Positions 1 through 9,197 of a stretch of 64,000 nt of DNA are shown one piece after another. The first letter of the stretch is position 1. Every line of letters begins with the position of its first letter. The position numbers and the translations under genes were made by a program. The notes beneath the pieces were generated by a model that saw only the letters and a program-made list of their open reading frames with translations, did not search any database and was not told where the DNA came from. Source of the DNA: an uncultured bacterium (GTDB taxonomy: Bacteria; CSSED10-310; CAZUFC01); contig CAZUFC010000002.1 in NCBI GenBank assembly GCA_964619725.1, forward strand, positions 49,057 to 113,056, read 5' to 3'.

Positions 1-260
1 CGAATCTCGTTTGAAATATATGAATCGGCGAATGGTTTCGGGGATATCCTCACTGTCGAAGCGCTTAACGACGAAGGCATTACGGCTATATCGTTACTCT
101 TATTCGTCAGTTTCTTGTCCACCCTGGCATGCCCGGTAAAAATGAGTTTTTTAACAGGCGCTGCATAACAATCCTGTTTGATGCAATCTCAAATTCTGAT
201 ATAACGACATGGGCAGCGACCGTTTTCCGTGTCCGCCGGCGCCACAGGAGGTTCCATGCG

Positions 261-983
261 ATGAAATTCTTCTTTAAAACCATGCTGCGTCTTTTTACGG
301 CATTGATGCTTGCGTTATTCGTATTTTTTCTTGCAGGACAAGCATCCATGGCGTTAACCGGACAAACTTCACCGGCCGAACAGGCGGACTCTGATCAATG
401 GTTGTCCACAATTTTGTTCCAGGGCTTTATTCTGATGTTCTCCGTTATTCTTATGCTTCTGCTGGGCAAAGGAAAATTATCCCCTTTCGGCTTCACTGCA
501 GGAACCGGCATTCCTTATCTCCGAATTGCACTGATCGTTTTGGCGCTTGAGTTCTTTACCAGCCTGGCGATGGTTTTTCTTCCCGTTGAAGGTCCCGGTC
601 ATTTCGCCGATACGTTTACCTTCCCGCAAATCGTCGTCGGCATATGGCTGCTGGCGAGCACTTCGGAAGAAGTTTTCACCAGGGGGTTAATCCAGAGTTT
701 TTTGAATCCATTGAAACGTTTGGGTTTCTCCATTAAAAGCATTTTCATCAGCGCACCCGTTCTTTTCAGCGCCCTCTTATTTATGGCTATTCACATTCCT
801 CTTCTGATCATGGGCATGGACGTTTTGTTAGGCGTTCAAATCCTGTTTTCAACTTTCGTGCTGGGAATGATTGCAGGTTACTACAGAGAAAAAACCGGCA
901 GTCTCATCCCCGCTGTCCTGGCTCATATGTCAGCCAATATTTTCGGTATGGGTTTCGGATACCTGTTCTCTGAGGTTATATAA
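261..983 (+). CDS. CPBP/Abi (CAAX protease-like) intramembrane glutamic endopeptidase
   Basis: Multi-TM protein with SEEVFTRG (EExxxR), LFMAIH (FxxxH) and AHMSAN (HxxxN). Start placed at ATG 261 after AGGAGG; the ORF track opens at 129. Confidence 0.85.
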   Translation: MKFFFKTMLRLFTALMLALFVFFLAGQASMALTGQTSPAEQADSDQWLSTILFQGFILMFSVILMLLLGKGKLSPFGFTAGTGIPYLRIALIVLALEFFTSLAMVFLPVEGPGHFADTFTFPQIVVGIWLLASTSEEVFTRGLIQSFLNPLKRLGFSIKSIFISAPVLFSALLFMAIHIPLLIMGMDVLLGVQILFSTFVLGMIAGYYREKTGSLIPAVLAHMSANIFGMGFGYLFSEVI

Positions 984-1879
984 TGCTGGAATCTCGACTT
1001 GGTGAACTTGCCGCCCTGGCTACAGCCGTCTGCTGGACGGTCACTGCCATGTCCTTCGAATACGCAGGCAAAAGAGTCGGTTCTCTTCCCGTCAATATAA
1101 TCAGGCTCTTCTTCGCTTTTTTCTTCCTGGGCTTTTTCTCCTGGATTACCCGCGGCACGTTCATGCCCATGGATGCCTCGGCAAAAAACTGGTTCTGGCT
1201 GCTGCTTTCCGGCCTGATCGGCTTTTCCCTGGGCGACCTTTTCCTCTTCAGAGCTTTCGTGATCATAGGCTCCAGAATTTCCATGCTCATTATGGCCTTT
1301 GTGCCGATTATTACGACTGTTTTAGGTCGCCTTATCATAAATGAAATACTCCTTCTGCACCATTACATAGGCATGTTTCTCACCATCGCCGGAATAGTCC
1401 TGGTCATCCTGGAAAAAGACGCAAACAAAAATAATATTAAATTCTCACGCCCACTTTCAGGATTGCTTTTCGCGTTCGGCGGAGCATGCGGGCAGGCCGT
1501 AGGACTCGTCCTCAGCAAATATGGAATGGGCGATTACAACCCTTTCAGCGCCACTCAGATCAGAGTCATAGCCGGAATCGCAGGTTTCTCCGTCATTTTT
1601 ACCGTTATGAGATTATGGCCGCGAGCGGCAAAATCATTCAAACACCCGAAAGCCTTATCAAGAATAGCTCTGGGAGCGTTCTTCGGTCCTTTCCTGGGCG
1701 TCTCCTTTTCCCTCCTGGCCGTGCAGTATACCGCAACAGGCATAGCTTCAACCATTATGTCCATCGTTCCCGTCCTCATTATTCCGCCTGCAGTCGTAAT
1801 GTTCAAAGAAAAAATCAGCACAAAAGAAGTCATTGGCGCCGTTGTCGCCGTTATCGGAGTCGGCGTCCTCTTTATGTGA
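983..1879 (+). CDS. DMT/EamA family transporter
   Basis: 298 aa, about 10 hydrophobic segments in two repeats, ending in an EamA-like FKEKISTKEVIGAVVAVIGV; start overlaps the upstream stop. Confidence 0.85.
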   Translation: MLESRLGELAALATAVCWTVTAMSFEYAGKRVGSLPVNIIRLFFAFFFLGFFSWITRGTFMPMDASAKNWFWLLLSGLIGFSLGDLFLFRAFVIIGSRISMLIMAFVPIITTVLGRLIINEILLLHHYIGMFLTIAGIVLVILEKDANKNNIKFSRPLSGLLFAFGGACGQAVGLVLSKYGMGDYNPFSATQIRVIAGIAGFSVIFTVMRLWPRAAKSFKHPKALSRIALGAFFGPFLGVSFSLLAVQYTATGIASTIMSIVPVLIIPPAVVMFKEKISTKEVIGAVVAVIGVGVLFM

Positions 1880-2487
1880 TTTCAAAAAGCTGAGTAAATA
1901 CCAGTCTCGCCCGTGTTCTGCCTGAAAAAAATTCCAAATTTGGGTCCACATCGATGCCTTTAAAGTAAAGAAATTCTTTGAAATTCAATGGATAAACCCT
2001 TAAATCAAAATGCCTGCCCGTGAGAACCGTACCCAATTACTGACTGAGCAATTTCGATGAAGAACCTGCTACAATGATGGATGCTTTACCCAGCTCATGC
2101 ATACTCCGCACGAATCTTTCCCATCCGGTAACCAGATGCGCCTCATCAAGCAGCATAATTGGATCGCCGGAAGGATTCAGTCGCTCCAGATACGTCTCCC
2201 ATATCCTCTGCAAAAATTTCAATGACAACTCACCCCATCGCGGGTCCTCAAAATTGATATAAAGCGTATTCGCCGGATCAATGCCCTTTTTCACCATACT
2301 GTTGATGAACTGCAGCATTAGCGTCGACTTGCCCGCTCGGCGCACCCCCCGTGACAGTGATGACCTGCCCCGTCTGTTTAAGTCTCTCGATTTTCTTAAG
2401 ATAAAAAGAACGTAAAATTCCCGACTGTCGAGTCTGATGCCAGATGTTCCAGTCATTAAGTATTTCAATTATTCTTTCTTTTTCCAT
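1872..2487 (-). pseudogene. Degraded AAA+ ATP-binding protein (AAA_14/DUF4143 type)
   Basis: N-terminus MEKERII...VITVTG joins Walker A GVRRAGKST only if one G is removed from the G6 run (C6 at 2345-2350). Walker B is LLDEAH. A TAA at 2037-2039 interrupts GSSSKLLSQ*LGTVLTGRH...VYPLNFKEFL, and the gene is then truncated. Confidence 0.85.
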
Positions 2488-2779
2488 CCGCTCGTTCATC
2501 AATCGAACCTCTCAAGTATACCTTTAATATTTTATAAAATTTGAACGGTCTAGTCAAAATATTCATCGGTCATTTCATTATTCCGTTTTTTCGAGTAACA
2601 CTTAGACTTTACGATTTTTTGTCCAGAAATCGCAGTGGCTGTCCAGCATTAAATTTTAAATCGAGATTCGAGTTTGTTGACAGGCGCTAACGAGCTATAC
2701 TCGGATTCTTCTTTGGATATCGGCGCTTTTTCACGGTTAAACATCTGTAATGATATGAACCATAATATTCCGGCTGATT

Positions 2780-2809
2780 TTGACAAGTGTATTTTTCATT
2801 CTGCATAAT
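2780..2809 (+). promoter_or_regulatory. Putative sigma70 promoter for 2854
   Basis: TTGACA-N18-CATAAT upstream of an AAGG RBS and ATG 2854. Confidence 0.5.
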
Positions 2810-2853
2810 GAAATGGGACAAATTGGCAGCAGTTTTTTCATAAAGGATAAGGC

Positions 2854-4176
2854 ATGAAAAGAGTGCTCATAACGACGGCATTGTTAATACTTTTACCGGT
2901 GTATGTTTCGGGCGAGGTGATCCAAGTTCCCGGCGACGAACCGACAATCCAGGGGGGTATAGATGCAGCGGACGACGGGGACACGGTATTGATCGCTGAC
3001 GGGACTTACGCAGGAGCGGACAACAAAAATTTAAGCTGGAACGGTGATGAAAAGCACATTGCGGTAATGTCTGAAAACGGTCCTGCGGCTTGCGTCATTG
3101 ATTGTGAAGAATGGGGACGCGGATTTGCCTTTTATGAGACGCATCAGACATCTGATGACGTTGTTGAAGGTTTCACGATCAGAAACGGCTGCGGAGAGCT
3201 GGGCGGGGGGATTTATTGTTCTCTCGCATCTCCGGCGATAATCGAATGCAATGTTTTCGACTGCATAGCCGACCAGGGCGGCGGGGTATTCTGCGAGCGT
3301 TCTTCCGCTGAAATAGTCAATTGTGCGATTTCGAATAATCTTTCCGGATACCACGCCGGCGGAATTTACTGCATGGATGAAGTTGACGTGAATATAAGCG
3401 GGTGCGCGATATCGGGAAATACTGGTTTGTTCACAGGCGGCGGTGTATGCTGTTGGGACGGTTCGATTACAGTCAGCGATTGCCTTATTGCTGATAACTA
3501 TACCTGAATGTACGGAGGAGGAATCGTAAGCCGGAACGCGACATGTTCATTCATCAATTGCACCATAAGCGGAAACCACAGCGATGAGGAAGGCGGCGGC
3601 ATTTGCTGCTGCCAGGGCATTACAACGATGAAGGATTGCATATTATGGAATGACGAATCAATGGTTTCCGGAAACGAGATAGCCCTGACGGCAGATTTCG
3701 GCGCGTCTACCTTGTCTATCAGTTACAGCAATGTTCAGGGCGGATATGAGTCCGCTTATGTGGAATCCGGCTGCACTCTGGACTGGGGTCCCGGCATGAT
3801 GGACGAGGACCCTTTGTTTACGGCGGGCCCTGAAGGCGACTACTATCTGAGTCAAATCGCTGCAGGCCAGGAGATTGACAGCCCCTGCGTCGATGCAGGA
3901 AGCGGTCCTGCCCATAATTCCTGTTTCGGGGCCCTTAATGGAGAGATATGCCTGGATTCGCTGTGGACCAGGACGGACGAGATTGCTGATTCAGGCATAG
4001 TGGACATGGGATATCATTATCCGTTGATCATTCCGGATTCAGCGGTTACCCCAACCCCGGCGCCTGTACCGTCTGTTGGAGATTCCGGGCTCCTGCTTCT
4101 GGTATTTCTTTGCAGCGTCGTATTGGTTTGGGGTACGAAACAGCGTTTATGCCGTGGCCAAGCTGAATTTTTTTGA
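2854..4176 (+). pseudogene. Secreted right-handed parallel beta-helix protein with C-terminal membrane tail, split by an in-frame TGA
   Basis: ORFs 2854-3507 and 3508-4176 are in the same frame (DNYT*MYGGG). Signal peptide, VPGDEPTIQGGID start, GGGI repeats, DYYLSQ..AGQ...SPCVDAG motif shared with 5335/9198, and a PT linker + TM tail. Confidence 0.75.
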
Positions 4177-4211
4177 ACGAACCTTTGGCTTTTTCGTTCT
4201 ATTTTTTTTGG

Positions 4212-4360
4212 GACTGATCAAACCGGGGTTACCCTTCTTTCAAAACTTTTTACAGTTTGTTTCAGTAATCAGGGTCAGTATCGGAATCGAAACACGATGA
4301 TTGGATATTCGGAAGAACTTTAATCTTAAAAGATGCATTTTTGATCAATGCCGTTTTTTT
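4212..4360 (+). repeat. Dispersed ~150 bp intergenic element, copy 1 (MITE-like)
   Basis: Aligns by eye with the reverse complement of 34755-34914 (first 58 nt have 5 mismatches). Imperfect terminal inverted repeats ACTGATCAAA (4213-4222) and TTTGATCAAT (4340-4349). Confidence 0.75.
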
Positions 4361-4385
4361 GGAGTTCCGGTTGTCTTTTTTCGTG

Positions 4386-4458
4386 AAGGGACTAAGGGAC
4401 CAAGGGACCAAGGGACCTAAGGGACCTAAAGGACCTAAGGGACTGAAAGGACTTAAGA
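4386..4458. repeat. 8-9 bp tandem microsatellite (AAGGGAC[C/T])
   Basis: aagggact-aagggacc-aagggacc-aagggacct-aagggacct-aaaggacct-aagggactg-aaaggactt. Confidence 0.9.
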
Positions 4459-4502
4459 CATAGAGGGATTCATTTGTCTTTTGCATCATTTGTATCACAG
4501 AT

Positions 4503-5211
4503 TTAATACCATATTGCCGTTTGCACGCCGCAGGGATCATAATCGGGGGGACCGGGGATTGATTCGGCGGTACGGGAATATATTCTTCCTGCTGTCCACA
4601 GCACGGCGAAAGCGTCGTTGATGTCGTCTTCCGAAGGCCATAGTTAATGCATGTTTTCGCCTTACGGATTCACGATCTTTGGACTTAAAATGTTCATCTA
4701 TCAGGCTTTCCCTTGTTCTTTTTCCTTCGGTCGTTTTTTTTGATTCCTGGATCGTATTGCCTTGGTTCATCATCTTGAAAGAAATTTCGGGATGAACTTC
4801 ATGAATGATATTCCGGATTTTTGTAGTTTTTCGCACTATTTCATCGACTTCTCTTATGCGAGCGTAGATGTTCCAGGCTTGAGCGCCTACTCCCCGACCG
4901 TCGATACTCCTGGTGATGCGATCCGCTTCTTTACGGTTTTCAGCGGTCAGAGCGGGTCGAATGGGCGCCGGAAATACACTGCTCGACCTGGGACGGCCGA
5001 GCATTTTTCTTGCTAACCTGTCGCACCGCCTGCGGCCTGATTCCGGGATGCCTATGGGGATGTCGATTCCCAGAACGGCATGTTTCGGCGTATTTTCAAT
5101 CAGGTCGCGCATGCAGGAAAAAAGTTCGGAAAATATTCTGCCCGACGGCAGCTCTTCAGCAATGTATATCCATCCTCCCTTGCACGCATCGACTCCTGCC
5201 GTCAAGACCAT
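4503..5211 (-). pseudogene. DUF429-like (RNase H-fold) protein with a frameshift near the C-terminus
   Basis: GVDACKGGW, IDIPIGI, SSVFPAP and EVHPE motifs. The family-like end (EDDINDAFAVLWTAGRI...CGVQTAIWY*) is in another frame after about 4636, with its stop at 4503-4505. Confidence 0.8.
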
Positions 5212-5334
5212 ATTAACCTCCAAAATCAAAAGGAATCGATCACTCAGAAGATGACCCTAACGCCTTCAACGGTAATCTATGCGACATAGGACAAACTGTC
5301 TGTCGTAAATTTAATCATCAGCGTTATTTCCGAC

Positions 5335-8300
5335 TCACACCATGTTCTTTACTCCACCAGCTTTCGCTTTCAAAAACAACAATCCGCTCATAAGCGCCCC
5401 CAAAACAAATAAACCAGGTAAGGAAGCAGCCGGTATGGACGGACCCGGCATGACAGGTCCGGCGGTTATGACGGAGGGATTCTCATAGCCGTTTTCATCG
5501 ACCATGGTTACGGCGTAATAGTAGGAATGTTCCTGCTGCAGGTCTTCGTCCGTGAATGAGTTCTGTGACAGGCTCGTTATGCTTGTGTCATACGGGGTCA
5601 ATTCTTCGACTGAATTAAATCCTGTTTCTTCTCTGTAGATGTTGTAATGGTGGAAATCATCTCCCAGGTCTTCGGGGACGTCCCAACCCAGGATGATCGA
5701 CGAGGACGCCTGTTCCGCGGTTATTCCCGTTACCGGAACGGGACGAACGCTCAGAATGATTTCTTCACAGTTTTCCGTTCCCAGGTAGGAGGCCGTTATG
5801 CCGACTGTCCAGTCGCCGTCGGGGATATATTCCAGCCCCAGTCTTTTCGGCAGCTCGCTTATGATGATCTTAGCGTTGTATTCTCCCGTTTCGTCATCGT
5901 AAATAAACGGCGCTGAGCAGATGCCTTCAGCCGTGTCGACATCGCCTTTAATGACGGCCCATTCAACGGGTTCTCCTTCGGAAGTCAGTTGAGCCTGCAG
6001 TTCTATCGTATCGGACCAGGCATAATACGGCTCGACGGGAACGACGGTTAGCGTCAGGTCGGGAAGGACGTGGAACGACGCGTTGACGTAGCTTATGTCG
6101 TAGCCGGTGAGCTGACCGTCGATGATGGCCACGTATCTTCCCGGAGGTCCGTCTGCCGGTATATCTACAGCGATTTCATATTTCTCCGTTCCGGCATTGT
6201 AAGTCATTTCTGCGGATTGATAAAAACCCGGATTATCGATGGAAATCACTTCGATGTCCAGGGTCGCATCGCTCATCATTTCGCCCTGGGCGTTTATGAG
6301 AGCGGCTTCGATCATGGCCTGACCGCCGTAGTGAACTTCTCTGTCGTCGTTGAGCACGTCCGCTTTCAGAATGAGTTCGCTATAGGACCCGTAATCGCTG
6401 ATGGAAATGTAATCCCAGCCTGATGCGAAATTATCGTCGTTGACGGCTTTAAACATGAGGGGCACGGATGCTCCGTGGACCAAGGCCGTCAGGTCGAAGT
6501 TAAGGTCTACCGAATCGCCGGCCGGTATCTCGACAATATGCTGCTCCGGAAATATAGCGCTGAAGTAATCCTGGGTCTCCGCTTCATAAAGATGAGGAAT
6601 CAAGGTAACGTCAATACCGGTTTCCGTTGCGGTTCCGTTATTGGTTACGGTGACTGCCGCGACGAATAGGTCGTTTATCTGGAGTTCTGTGGGAGCATCG
6701 ACCATTACTTGCAGGTCGGTTTCCAGGTTCGTGACGTCTTCTTTTGATGAGTATGTGCCAGTGACGTTTTCCTGGCATCCGAAAACAGGTGAAAACCACC
6801 GGCTTCCCAGCCAGCACAACCAGCACCAGTCAAGACTCGCCCAGCAACTGTCTATGCACAAAGGAAAACAAAGAATCGAAACGTGCACCAGTTTCTGAAG
6901 GTCCGCCAGGGCATAACTCACCTGCGGATAGACCGACGGATTATCGTATTGGTCCCAGGTCGAATCCGCATGCACCCATTGATCACCGTTGCGAATCTCA
7001 TTCCATGCATGGCCGGCATCGGTTAAATAGCTATAAACGATGCGAGCGGGTATGTCCAGCGACCTGAAAACTCCTGTGGTCAGGTCCGCGAAATCCCGAC
7101 AGACGCCGATATTGTCGAATCGCCTGTTGAGAAGGTCTATGTCGCTGTTACGGAGCGAGATGGACGCCCAGAAGGAATCGTCATAATCGAATTCGTCGTT
7201 GATGATAACTGGCACGTTACCTGCCGCCAGATATACTGTATCGGGATCGTTGCAGCTTAACCACCAGGCGTCATGATGACCTGCAGCATATTGCGCGTAC
7301 CTTCTTACCTGAAAATTATTCGGATGATGAAGGCAATCCGTCGCCGTGTATTTGTCCATAGCCGGAGCAAAATCAAAGTCAATTATTTGAGGAATCACGT
7401 CCACTTTCCATGAAAGGTCGTTCGCAGCTACCGTGAACCAGGTCGATGCCGTTCCTGTCGTAGTCCTGTCCCCCGGATCGACGTTCTCCACATACATCCA
7501 AACGTCGCAATATCCCACATCGCCTGGTGACAGACTCGAAGGTGAAAGCGGACAGGTTTTCGTATATTCATAACTCGGACCGGTTCCCGTCAAGGAAAAT
7601 TTTATCCCGGGACGGTTGCCCTGCGGCATCTGACCGGAAAGAGTCACCGATGCCGATGGAATAGAAACCACGCTGATATTTTTAAACGGCATGTGCAATT
7701 GAACATGATCGCCCGCCGATATCTTTCCGTCGGGTTCATTCTGAACGTGAGACGACATTAAAGGTCCCTCTCCCCCGAGATACTTTAATACGGCTTGGGG
7801 AGATTCCGGGTGTCGATGATAACCCAGGTCGACCGTTCCTTCATCGCAAGCGCTTTGAGTCTGCGTGGTCAGTTCATCCAGGCAGACCTGTCCTCCGTTT
7901 ACCGTGTAGCATATGGAAGAGGCCGGTCCGCTGCCGGCGTTCACGCAGGGACTGTTGAACGGTTGACCCGCAGTCAGTTGACTCAGGTAGTAATCGTCGC
8001 AAGGACCGGTTACGAACAAGGGCGACTGGTCGATGTTGCCCGCTCCCCAGTTCACCGTGCAACCCGAATCAACGTAAATATTCGCCTGCCCGCCCTGAAC
8101 GTCGCAATGGCTTATGTTTAAAGTCGTTGGATTAACATGGAAAAAAAGAGCAATTTGCGAACCTTCGGGAGAAGTGTTTCCCCAAATTATACAGTCGGTT
8201 AAATTTATTATGCTTCCGCTGCTGCAACTGAGTCCTGCTCCGGGACCATCTCCATGGTTATCTGCAAAGGTGCAATTAAAAGCTGTAAATGTTGAATCAC

Positions 8301-9057
8301 AGTAGCAATAGATGCCGCCGCAAATGTAAAGATGAGAGTTTCCCGTCACAAGACAATCATACATTGTGATTTCACTGTATTTGCCCACAACTGCATTAAC
8401 GTCGTTATCTTTAATTACGCTGTTGCTGATTATTACATTGCACCCGATGAACTCAATAGTCGTCCCGTCTGCCGTCGGGGAATAATTCTCGTAAATCTCA
8501 CTGTCCGTTATTTGTATTTCAGCTCCCTGACACCCCACAGCAGACCCGAATTCAGCCGTATTATGGCGCATTATGCAATGCGTTATGAGGGCAGAAGAAT
8601 CTTCAGCATAAAAGGCCCCACCGGCCATAAATTCTGCCGTATTATTCGTCAGAATACATTTGTCGATAACTGGCGATGCACCAATGCAATCTATACCGCC
8701 TCCCCCGATTCCAAGTCCGTTTGTTATGGTGAAACCTGTTAAAACCGAATTTTCATTTTCCTCATTTCCAAAATAGAATCCTATTGTCTCGTTTTCACAA
8801 TCAATCACACAATCTTCGGCTCCATTAACCGACATAACCGTAATAGCTTTCCCTGAAAAATTTAACTCCCTGTTCCCGACTCCAGTGTAAGTTCCATCAG
8901 CGACAATCACAGTATCCCCAGCATCAGCAGCATCAATTCCCTGTTGAATTGTCGGTCTGTCGCCCGGAACATGAATGACGGCTGTATCTGCCGGTGTGGG
9001 AAAAAAGTTCAATAATAAAATTAAAACAATGAAAAAAGTTATTTGAATACGTTTCAT
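5335..9057 (-). CDS. Surface protein: beta-helix + transglutaminase-like domain + Ig-like/FN3 domains + C-terminal sorting tail (paralogue 1)
   Basis: Signal peptide; beta-helix repeats; GVCRDFADL...GHAWNE...WVHADSTW Cys-His-Asp triad; FN3-like YNIYR...YYYAVT; tail PSIPAASLPGL-TM-KAK. Confidence 0.85.
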   Translation of the reverse strand: MKRIQITFFIVLILLLNFFPTPADTAVIHVPGDRPTIQQGIDAADAGDTVIVADGTYTGVGNRELNFSGKAITVMSVNGAEDCVIDCENETIGFYFGNEENENSVLTGFTITNGLGIGGGGIDCIGASPVIDKCILTNNTAEFMAGGAFYAEDSSALITHCIMRHNTAEFGSAVGCQGAEIQITDSEIYENYSPTADGTTIEFIGCNVIISNSVIKDNDVNAVVGKYSEITMYDCLVTGNSHLYICGGIYCYCDSTFTAFNCTFADNHGDGPGAGLSCSSGSIINLTDCIIWGNTSPEGSQIALFFHVNPTTLNISHCDVQGGQANIYVDSGCTVNWGAGNIDQSPLFVTGPCDDYYLSQLTAGQPFNSPCVNAGSGPASSICYTVNGGQVCLDELTTQTQSACDEGTVDLGYHRHPESPQAVLKYLGGEGPLMSSHVQNEPDGKISAGDHVQLHMPFKNISVVSIPSASVTLSGQMPQGNRPGIKFSLTGTGPSYEYTKTCPLSPSSLSPGDVGYCDVWMYVENVDPGDRTTTGTASTWFTVAANDLSWKVDVIPQIIDFDFAPAMDKYTATDCLHHPNNFQVRRYAQYAAGHHDAWWLSCNDPDTVYLAAGNVPVIINDEFDYDDSFWASISLRNSDIDLLNRRFDNIGVCRDFADLTTGVFRSLDIPARIVYSYLTDAGHAWNEIRNGDQWVHADSTWDQYDNPSVYPQVSYALADLQKLVHVSILCFPLCIDSCWASLDWCWLCWLGSRWFSPVFGCQENVTGTYSSKEDVTNLETDLQVMVDAPTELQINDLFVAAVTVTNNGTATETGIDVTLIPHLYEAETQDYFSAIFPEQHIVEIPAGDSVDLNFDLTALVHGASVPLMFKAVNDDNFASGWDYISISDYGSYSELILKADVLNDDREVHYGGQAMIEAALINAQGEMMSDATLDIEVISIDNPGFYQSAEMTYNAGTEKYEIAVDIPADGPPGRYVAIIDGQLTGYDISYVNASFHVLPDLTLTVVPVEPYYAWSDTIELQAQLTSEGEPVEWAVIKGDVDTAEGICSAPFIYDDETGEYNAKIIISELPKRLGLEYIPDGDWTVGITASYLGTENCEEIILSVRPVPVTGITAEQASSSIILGWDVPEDLGDDFHHYNIYREETGFNSVEELTPYDTSITSLSQNSFTDEDLQQEHSYYYAVTMVDENGYENPSVITAGPVMPGPSIPAASLPGLFVLGALMSGLLFLKAKAGGVKNMV
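5966..6379. repeat. 414-bp block identical to 9814-10227
   Basis: No mismatch seen on base-by-base reading at offset 3848; the flanks carry frequent substitutions. Confidence 0.85.
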
Positions 9058-9197
9058 GATCTAATCTCCTTTTACAGGAACTATTACCTCGACTATTAAC
9101 TCCCGGTCAGCGCCAATCGCTGAGCCTGATTTTAATATAGCCTTGCAGGGAACAAAAACTCCTTTACTCTTCCCCTTGACATCAGAATATAACCTGT

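Noticed and set aside
3505-3507. Selenocysteine or genome-wide TGA recoding
   Set aside because: The position is not a Cys-equivalent, no SECIS-like hairpin is evident, and TGA ends conserved genes (pfk, dapB, xerC) at their expected C-termini.
4386-4458. CRISPR array, or the collagen-like ORF 4262-4540 (PLGPLGP)
   Set aside because: 8-9 bp units with no spacers and no cas genes; the peptide is a translation artefact of the microsatellite.
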